NCBI GenBank assembly: GCA_031372565.1
Contig: JANMLN010000199.1
Span: 1 to 12,994, forward strand
Source: Gemmatimonadota bacterium
Lineage (GTDB): Bacteria; Gemmatimonadota; Gemmatimonadetes; Gemmatimonadales; Gemmatimonadaceae
DNA length: 12,994 nucleotides
Direction: 5' to 3'
The notes under the pieces were generated by a model. It saw nothing but the letters and a program-made list of their open reading frames with translations. It searched no databases and was not told the DNA's origin. Position numbers and translations under genes: made by a program. Shown piece after piece: positions 1 through 6,214 of this stretch (its first letter is position 1; each line of letters starts with the position of its first letter).

Positions 1-24
1 CCTGCTTGTTGCGAACCGTCATTC

Positions 25-58
25 AGAAGCAGGTCCTTCGCTTCGCTCAGGACGACAG
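25..58 (-). repeat. REP-like palindromic repeat, full copy
   Basis: Reverse complement CTGTCGTCCTGAGCGAAGCGAAGGACCTGCTTCT matches the copies at 8626 and 10223. Bases 1-7 (CCTGCTT) are complementary to 27-33 (AAGCAGG), suggesting an inverted partner copy running off the window edge. Confidence 0.9.
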
Positions 59-59
59 C

Positions 60-83
60 GTCCTTCCCTCCGCTCACGACGAC
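60..83 (-). repeat. REP-like repeat, degenerate copy overlapping the ccoS stop codon
   Basis: GTCCTTCCCTCCGCTCACGACGAC versus GTCCTTCGCTTCGCTCAGGACGAC (33-56): 21 of 24 positions identical. Confidence 0.7.
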
Positions 84-232
84 GACCGGGGCGGATCATC
101 ATCGTGGAGCATCCGCACTGCCGGCGTATCGAGATCATCCATCTGCCCGGTGCGCGCCGACCACATGTACGCGGCCACCGCCGCCCCCACGAGCAGCATC
201 GCCAGCGGCACCACGATGAACAGCACGCTCAT
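74..232 (-). CDS. ccoS: cbb3-type cytochrome oxidase maturation protein CcoS/FixS (52 aa; absent from the ORF track)
   Basis: Hand translation MSVLFIVVPLAMLLVGAAVAAYMWSARTGQMDDLDTPAVRMLHDDDPPRSSS*: one TM helix followed by the FixS-type W-x-x-x-x-GQ-x-DD-x-x-x-PA-x-R-x-L-x-DD motif. The ATG overlaps the ccoI stop (ATGA). Confidence 0.95.
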   Translation of the reverse strand: MSVLFIVVPLAMLLVGAAVAAYMWSARTGQMDDLDTPAVRMLHDDDPPRSSS

Positions 233-2733
233 GCGGCCACCGCAGCGGTCGCGCGCTCGGCCGCCGGCCTGCTCGTCGCCGCAGGCACCGCAGGCGCGTC
301 AAACGTCCGCCCGAGCCAGCTGCCCAGCACCACCGTCAACGAGCTCGCCGGCATCATGATCGCCGCAATGAGCGGCGAGATCACCCCCAACACCGCCAAG
401 CTCACGCCGAGCATGTTGTAGGCGAGCGCGAAGAGCATGTTGCGGCGGATCACGCGCATCGTGCGGGTGGCACCATCGGCCATCGCCACGAGCGGTGCGA
501 GTCCCGGTGTCGTGAGGTACGCATCCGCCGTCGCGAGGCACGCCTCGGCGCCGCCGTGTACACCGATGCCGACGTCCGCAGCCGCGATGGCAGCCGCATC
601 GTTCACGCCGTCGCCCACCATCACCACAGGCCGCGCCGCCTGCCCCCGCGCATCGCGCGTGCGTGCGAGCAGTGCCTGAACCGTGGCCAGCTTCCCTTCG
701 GGGGTGGCCGCGCCCTGGACGCGATCGGCCGCAATGCCCACGCTCGCGGCCACGGCATGCGCCACGCGCGGATCATCGCCGGAGCACATGCGCACCTCCC
801 AGCCGCGCGCCTGCAGCGCCGCAATCGACGCGGCGGCATCCGCGCGCACCTTGTCACCCATGCCGGCCACCGCCACCACGACGCCGTCCACCGCGACGAG
901 CACCGGGGTCAGCGTCGTGTCCGAAAGCCGATCGAGCATCCCGGTCGCACCCGTCGCGCGCGCGCCCACGAATGCCGGACTGCCCAGCACGACGTGGTGC
1001 CCGTTCACCACCCCCTGGATGCCGCCTCCGGTCACATGTTCGAGGTGCGTGCCCACCGGCACCTCGACGTCCGGCCACGCACGCCGGAAGCCGTCCGCGA
1101 TGGGATGGCTCGATCCCGCCTCGAGCGCCAGCACGGCGTCCCGTGCGCCCACGGCGCCGTGCCACTGCACGAGCGCGGTGCGTCCCTCGGTGATCGTCCC
1201 CGTCTTGTCGAGCACGAGCACGCCGGGGGTCGCCAGCAGTTCGAGCGCGTCACCACCCTTGATGTAGATTCCTGCGCGCGCTGCGCGACCGATCGCCATG
1301 GTCACCGCGAGCGGCGTGGCGAGCGCGAGCGCGCACGGGCAGGTCACCACGAGCAGCGCGATCGCATTGTCCCACGCCGCCGTTGCGTCGCGTGGCAGCC
1401 AGAGCAGGAAGGTGCCCGCCGCCAGCGCCAGCACCACCAACACGAAGATCCCCGCAATCCGGTTGGCGAACGCGATCACCGGTGCACGTCGGCTCGCACT
1501 GGTCTCGACGTCCAACAAGATGCGTGCGAGACGGCTCGATTCCCCGCTCTCGTCCACGCGCACCACCACGGGCGCGCTCACGTTGAGCGTGCCCGCGAAC
1601 ACCGTGTCGCCTGGCGTCACCGACGTGGGCCGCGACTCGCCCGTGAGCAGCGCCGCGTTCACCGCAGACTCGCCCTCGGCGATCGTGCCGTCTGCCGGAA
1701 AGCTCTCTCCCGCTCGCACCACCACCGTCATGCCCGGCAGGAGGGCCACGGCCGGCAGCTCGCGCACCGTGCCGTCCGGGTCGCGCACGCGCGCGGTACT
1801 GGGTGCCAGCGAGTACAGCAGCTCCGCGGCGTCGGTGGCGGCGCGTTGGCCGCGCACCTGCAGGAACCGCCCCGTAAGCAGCAGGAAGACGAGCAGACAG
1901 ACGCCGTCGAAGTAGATCGGGCCGCTCTCGCTCACCGTGTTCACGACGCCGCGCACCGCTCCCGCCGCGAGCGCAAGCGCGATGGGCACGTCCATGTGCA
2001 GCGAGCGCGTGCGCAGCGCCGCCCAGGCACCGGTAAAGAAGACGCGCCCAGGCCCGAGCAGCGCCGGGACCGTCAGCACCAGACTCACCCAGCGGAAGAG
2101 CCGCTCGTACGGCAGCTCCATCGCGTTGAACGCACCCGAGTACAACGCGAGCGCGGCCAGCATCACGTTGATCGCGATCGCGCCGGCCACGCCGATCCGG
2201 AGTAGCATCCCGCGGTCTTCCAGCGTGCGCAGCTCGGCGCGCGCTCCGCCCCGAAACGGATGCGGCGCATACCCCAGCCGATCGAGCGCGCGCGCCACCG
2301 TCGAGAGGGTCACGGCGCCCGGCTGCCAGGTCACGCGCGCCACGCTGCGCCGCACGTCGAGTTCGGCGCGCGCCACACCACTCACGATCAGCGGCACGCG
2401 CTCCACCAGCCAGACGCACGACGCGCAGTGCACCCCTTCGAGATAGAGCTCGGTGGTGCGCATGCCCTCGGGGGCGGGCCTCACGTACAGTTCGGCGAAG
2501 GCCGGATGGTCGAACTCGTCGAAGCTCCGCCCGCTCGGCGTCACCGAGACGCCGCGCTTCTCGGGAAAGGCGTAGAAGGCACCCAGCCCGTTCGCGCTGA
2601 GAATGTCGTACGCGGCGCGGCACGCCGAGCAGCAGAACTGTCGCGCTGCGCCTGACTCGACCAGGCCTGGCGGCACCGCCGTGCCACAGTGCGTGCACGC
2701 CACGCCGATGTCGGGGCGCTGCACGGTCGCCAT
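229..2733 (-). CDS. ccoI: Cu-translocating P1B-type ATPase CcoI/FixI (~834 aa; alternative GTG start at 2739)
   Basis: N-terminal CTHC...FCCSAC metal-binding domain, HMA motif GVHCASC, TGES, CPC, DKTGT, HP, GDGVNDA, and YN and MPASS TM ligands; lies in a cco operon. GAGGGG precedes ATG 2733. The ORF-track extension to 3759 overlaps two real genes. Confidence 0.95.
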   Translation of the reverse strand: MATVQRPDIGVACTHCGTAVPPGLVESGAARQFCCSACRAAYDILSANGLGAFYAFPEKRGVSVTPSGRSFDEFDHPAFAELYVRPAPEGMRTTELYLEGVHCASCVWLVERVPLIVSGVARAELDVRRSVARVTWQPGAVTLSTVARALDRLGYAPHPFRGGARAELRTLEDRGMLLRIGVAGAIAINVMLAALALYSGAFNAMELPYERLFRWVSLVLTVPALLGPGRVFFTGAWAALRTRSLHMDVPIALALAAGAVRGVVNTVSESGPIYFDGVCLLVFLLLTGRFLQVRGQRAATDAAELLYSLAPSTARVRDPDGTVRELPAVALLPGMTVVVRAGESFPADGTIAEGESAVNAALLTGESRPTSVTPGDTVFAGTLNVSAPVVVRVDESGESSRLARILLDVETSASRRAPVIAFANRIAGIFVLVVLALAAGTFLLWLPRDATAAWDNAIALLVVTCPCALALATPLAVTMAIGRAARAGIYIKGGDALELLATPGVLVLDKTGTITEGRTALVQWHGAVGARDAVLALEAGSSHPIADGFRRAWPDVEVPVGTHLEHVTGGGIQGVVNGHHVVLGSPAFVGARATGATGMLDRLSDTTLTPVLVAVDGVVVAVAGMGDKVRADAAASIAALQARGWEVRMCSGDDPRVAHAVAASVGIAADRVQGAATPEGKLATVQALLARTRDARGQAARPVVMVGDGVNDAAAIAAADVGIGVHGGAEACLATADAYLTTPGLAPLVAMADGATRTMRVIRRNMLFALAYNMLGVSLAVLGVISPLIAAIMMPASSLTVVLGSWLGRTFDAPAVPAATSRPAAERATAAVAA

Positions 2734-2735
2734 GC

Positions 2736-3488
2736 TCACATCCCCTCGTGGTGCGGTGCCGGCGCCGCAGTCGCCTGCGCCGTGGGCACTGGCGGAGTGA
2801 GCGCGTGCACCCAACCCGTACCCGGCATGCCCAGACGACCGCCGATCGAGAGTGCACCGAGCGCGATGACGACCATCGCACTCAGGACAGGCAGACGCGC
2901 ACCAAGGCGCCCCGACAACCGGCGCGCCCCCGCCCCCACCGCGAGCATCATCGGCAGCGTGCCGGTCCAGAAGAGCGCCATCGTGGCTGCAGCGGCGAGC
3001 GGCGAGCCCGTGCCGGCCGCCGTGATCACGAACGCCCAGAGCCAGCCGCACGGCAGGAGCGCCGTCGCGAGCCCCGTGACGAATGCGCGCGTCACCGGTG
3101 GGCTCTCGCGCACCTGCAGGATGGCGCGCCCCATCGCCTGCTGCCACGAGAGCGGGACCGCCGGGCCCGCCACGCGCACGCCACCGGCCACGAGCAGCGC
3201 GTGCGCGCCCCAGCCGATCATGAGCACGCCCGCCACGATGGCGGCACCCTGCGTGAGGCCACGCGCCGCACCCACCGTGTCGACGCCCAGACCCAGCACA
3301 CCCGCCACCACGCCGAGCGAGAGGTAGGCGATCAACCGGCCGACGTTGTATGCGCCGTGTCCTGCGGCCTCCGCCGCGCGCGAGCCCTGCGGCCCTGCCG
3401 TGTAGAAACACACGAAGGCGCCGCACATGGCGGCACAGTGGACCGAGCCCAGCAGGCTCGCCGCGAAGACCGCGAGTGCGAGCGTCAC
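2736..3488 (-). CDS. Polytopic membrane protein, DsbD_2 / TauE-SafE-like family (cbb3 assembly-associated)
   Basis: About six hydrophobic helices; GSVHCAAMCG, YNVGR and LLPCG motifs are typical of the family often found in ccoGHIS clusters; GTGA overlap with the upstream gene. Confidence 0.88.
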   Translation of the reverse strand: MTLALAVFAASLLGSVHCAAMCGAFVCFYTAGPQGSRAAEAAGHGAYNVGRLIAYLSLGVVAGVLGLGVDTVGAARGLTQGAAIVAGVLMIGWGAHALLVAGGVRVAGPAVPLSWQQAMGRAILQVRESPPVTRAFVTGLATALLPCGWLWAFVITAAGTGSPLAAAATMALFWTGTLPMMLAVGAGARRLSGRLGARLPVLSAMVVIALGALSIGGRLGMPGTGWVHALTPPVPTAQATAAPAPHHEGM

Positions 3489-4060
3489 GCGCCGGGACGC
3501 GCCGGCTGTGTGCCCGCGCCCAGCCGCTGCGCGCTGGCGTCACCCGGCCGCGCGATGATCTCGCGCGCGACGACGTCACGCGATACGTCGAGACGCACGT
3601 TGGCGGTGTAGCGGTCGTCGCCCCGCACGACGCGCACGCGCACCTCCCACAATCCGGGCTGCCGGAGCGCGACCGGAGCCGAATACGCGCCGCTCGCGCC
3701 CTCACCGAGCGTCGCCACAAAACCGGAATCGGCGTGGGACACCGCCATCGCCTCGACATGCACGCTGGCCCCGCTCACCGGAGCACCCGCGCCGTCGAGC
3801 ACCCGGACCGTGAGCTCCGTCGCACGGGCGGCTCCGATCGCCGGCAGGCCGGCCTGCACCTGCCACGCGAGTGCGCGATTGCGCCGCTCCTGCGCCATCG
3901 TGGAGTCCCACGCCACCGCCTTCTTGTAGTAATCGGGTTCGATGGCCGCGTGCGGGTCGCTCGCCGCGATCCGCGCCATCGCGATGGTCCCACCCGAGGA
4001 GCCCACGAGCAACAGCACGATGATCGCGGGCCAGATCTTGTCGCGCATCGGCATGGTCAC
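3485..4060 (-). CDS. ccoH: FixH/CcoH family assembly protein
   Basis: N-terminal WP-led TM helix, A-x-x-D-P...EPDYY-x-KA-x-x-W motif, Ig/YtkA-like soluble domain (PGLWEVRV); directly follows ccoG. Start could be GTG 4060, ATG 4054 or ATG 4048. Confidence 0.88.
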   Translation of the reverse strand: MTMPMRDKIWPAIIVLLLVGSSGGTIAMARIAASDPHAAIEPDYYKKAVAWDSTMAQERRNRALAWQVQAGLPAIGAARATELTVRVLDGAGAPVSGASVHVEAMAVSHADSGFVATLGEGASGAYSAPVALRQPGLWEVRVRVVRGDDRYTANVRLDVSRDVVAREIIARPGDASAQRLGAGTQPARPGA

Positions 4061-5457
4061 GGCACCGCCTTGGGCGCCGACGCCGTCGGGCCCATCAGGT
4101 TGAAGGGAAACTCGCCGGTGAAGTCGTCGGCATCGGTGATCTTCACGGTCACGTCGTGTCGGCCGTTCACGAACGCGCTGCGCGGCACGAGCACGAACAC
4201 GGAAGTGCTGCGCGTCTCCCCTGCCTTGACGGTGAGCGGCGACTCCGGCGCGATGACCTGCGCGTCATCCACGCCGGCAATGGTGATGGCGTACTGGTGT
4301 GCTTCGTGCGTGCGGTTCGCGATCTTGACGCGCACCTGGTTCGACACGCGCCCATCGGCCTCCACCGTGAACGGTTCGGACGCCGAGCGCAGCAGCGTCA
4401 CGTCGGCCTTCGCCTTGGTGCCGAGCGCGAAGATGAACGAACCGAATGCCGCGGCAAACGCCGCCGGATAGAGCACCGTGCGCGGGCGCAGCAGATGACG
4501 CGGCTTCCCCTCGAGCGCGTCGCGCGAGGCGTAGCGGATCAGCCCCTTGGGCTTGCCCACCGCCTCCATGATGTGGTCGCACGCGTCCATGCACTGCGTG
4601 CAGTGCACGCATTCCATCTGCAGGCCGTTGCGGATGTCGATGCCGGTGGGGCACGTGGTGACGCAGGCGTTGCACGCCACGCAGTCGCCGACCCCGTCGG
4701 GACGCTCCTTGCCATGGCGCCGTGGCTCGCCGCGGTTGTAGTCGTACGCCACGATCGTGGACTGCCGGTCGAGCAGCACCGACTGCCACCGTCCGTACGG
4801 ACAGGCGATCAGGCAGGTCTGCTCGCGGAACCAGGTGAAGTCCACGAACACGAGCAGGGTGGTCACCGCCATCACGAGGAACGGCGCCGGGTGCTCGTAG
4901 GGCGAGAGCCGCACCCAGTGCGCGATCGCGTCCGTCCCCACGAAGAAGGCGAGGAAGGTGTGCGCGAGCACGAGCGAGAGCACCAGATACACCGCGTACT
5001 TCGCCACGCGCCGCCAATGGAACCATTGCCCGGCCTTGTCGAGCGCGAGCGAGCCCGACCGCCCGCCCTCGAACAGGCGCTCGATCGGGCGGAAGACGAA
5101 CTCCATGTACACCGTCTGCGGACAGCCCCAGCCGCACCAGACGCGACCGAACAGCGCGCTGAACAGGAAGATCGCGATGATGCAGCTGAAGAGCAGCAGC
5201 ATCAGCAGCAGCGTGTCGGTCGGCAGGAAGGTGGTGCCGAAGATCGTGAACTCGCGCCGCGGCACGTTGAGCAGCACCGCTGGCCGGCCGGCGATCCGGA
5301 CCCACGGCAGCGCCAGGAAGAACGCCATCAGCGCGTACGCGACCACGCGGCGGCGCTTCCACCACGTCCCCTCCGACAATCGTGGGCGGATCCAGTTGCG
5401 CGAACCGTCCGTGTTGAGCGTCGGGAGAACACGACCAGCGGAAACGGGAGCGTTCAC
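4057..5457 (-). CDS. ccoG: Cytochrome c oxidase accessory 4Fe-4S membrane protein CcoG/FixG
   Basis: GRVWCGWGCPQT, CLIACPYG, CVACNACVTTCPTGIDIR and ECVHCTQCMDAC motifs, TM helices and a C-terminal Ig-like domain. Confidence 0.97.
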   Translation of the reverse strand: MNAPVSAGRVLPTLNTDGSRNWIRPRLSEGTWWKRRRVVAYALMAFFLALPWVRIAGRPAVLLNVPRREFTIFGTTFLPTDTLLLMLLLFSCIIAIFLFSALFGRVWCGWGCPQTVYMEFVFRPIERLFEGGRSGSLALDKAGQWFHWRRVAKYAVYLVLSLVLAHTFLAFFVGTDAIAHWVRLSPYEHPAPFLVMAVTTLLVFVDFTWFREQTCLIACPYGRWQSVLLDRQSTIVAYDYNRGEPRRHGKERPDGVGDCVACNACVTTCPTGIDIRNGLQMECVHCTQCMDACDHIMEAVGKPKGLIRYASRDALEGKPRHLLRPRTVLYPAAFAAAFGSFIFALGTKAKADVTLLRSASEPFTVEADGRVSNQVRVKIANRTHEAHQYAITIAGVDDAQVIAPESPLTVKAGETRSTSVFVLVPRSAFVNGRHDVTVKITDADDFTGEFPFNLMGPTASAPKAVP

Positions 5458-6014
5458 TTCGCGACCATGTCCCCTTCGGGCGCCTTCGGCTTCGCAGGCG
5501 TCGTGCCCTGCAGCGTCCAGATGTAGGCCGTCACTTCATCCACTTCCTTGCCCGGGAGCAGCTTGCCCCACGCCGGCATCCCCTTGGCCAACACGCCAGC
5601 GACCACGGTGCCATGGATCTGCTCGATCTTCCCGCCATGAATCCAGTACGCGTCGGTGAGATTCGGACCGATCAGGCCACCGCCATCGGCCGCGTGGCAC
5701 GCCGCACAATTCTTCGCGTAGACCTTCTGGCCCTCACTCACCTCGTGCGTATCGCTCACGAGTGCCAGCAGCTTGGCCGGATCGGCGGGCCCGAGGTCCT
5801 GCGGGTGCGCCGCGCGGAACGCCGCCATGTCCTGCTCGTAATCCTTGATGCGCCCCTGTCCCGTGCCGATGCCGCCCACGTTCAGCGCGTACGCCACGGA
5901 GAAGATGATCGTGGCCCAGAAGGTGATGACCCACCAGCGGGGCAGCGGATTGTCGTACTCCTGGATGCCATCGTACTGATGGTCGATCAGCCGGTCCTTC
6001 TCGTCATCAGCCAT
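5454..6014 (-). CDS. ccoP: cbb3-type cytochrome c oxidase subunit III, monohaem form
   Basis: N-terminal DHQYDGIQEYDNPLPRWW signature, one TM helix, a single CAACH haem site, GPNLTD, and GMPAW carrying the probable axial Met. Confidence 0.95.
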   Translation of the reverse strand: MADDEKDRLIDHQYDGIQEYDNPLPRWWVITFWATIIFSVAYALNVGGIGTGQGRIKDYEQDMAAFRAAHPQDLGPADPAKLLALVSDTHEVSEGQKVYAKNCAACHAADGGGLIGPNLTDAYWIHGGKIEQIHGTVVAGVLAKGMPAWGKLLPGKEVDEVTAYIWTLQGTTPAKPKAPEGDMVAK

Positions 6015-6016
6015 GA

Positions 6017-6214
6017 TCAGCGTCCCCGCGCCGACGTGGGCGCCTGTGGTTGGTCATCATCGAGCGGCAGCAGCGCATCCTCGTCGAACCGGCGCTTGTT
6101 CGCCGGTCGGAAGGTCCAGATCGCGATGCCGACAAAGGCCAGCATGAAGAGCACCAGCGCCCATTCGGCGTAGATCGCCAGTCCGGCGTGGCTCATGATG
6201 TCGGAGAGCTTCAC
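6017..6214 (-). CDS. ccoQ: cbb3-type cytochrome c oxidase small subunit CcoQ/FixQ
   Basis: 65 aa, single TM helix followed by W-x-x-RPANKRRFDEDALLPLDD; lies between ccoNO and ccoP; GTGA overlap with ccoNO. Confidence 0.92.
   Translation of the reverse strand: MKLSDIMSHAGLAIYAEWALVLFMLAFVGIAIWTFRPANKRRFDEDALLPLDDDQPQAPTSARGR

Noticed and set aside
2740..3759. N-terminal ~340 aa of the 1176-aa ORF, suggesting a giant ATPase fusion
   Set aside because: Arg/Gly/Ala-rich off-frame read-through overlapping ccoH and the DsbD_2-like gene; recognisable CcoI sequence starts only at 2733/2739.
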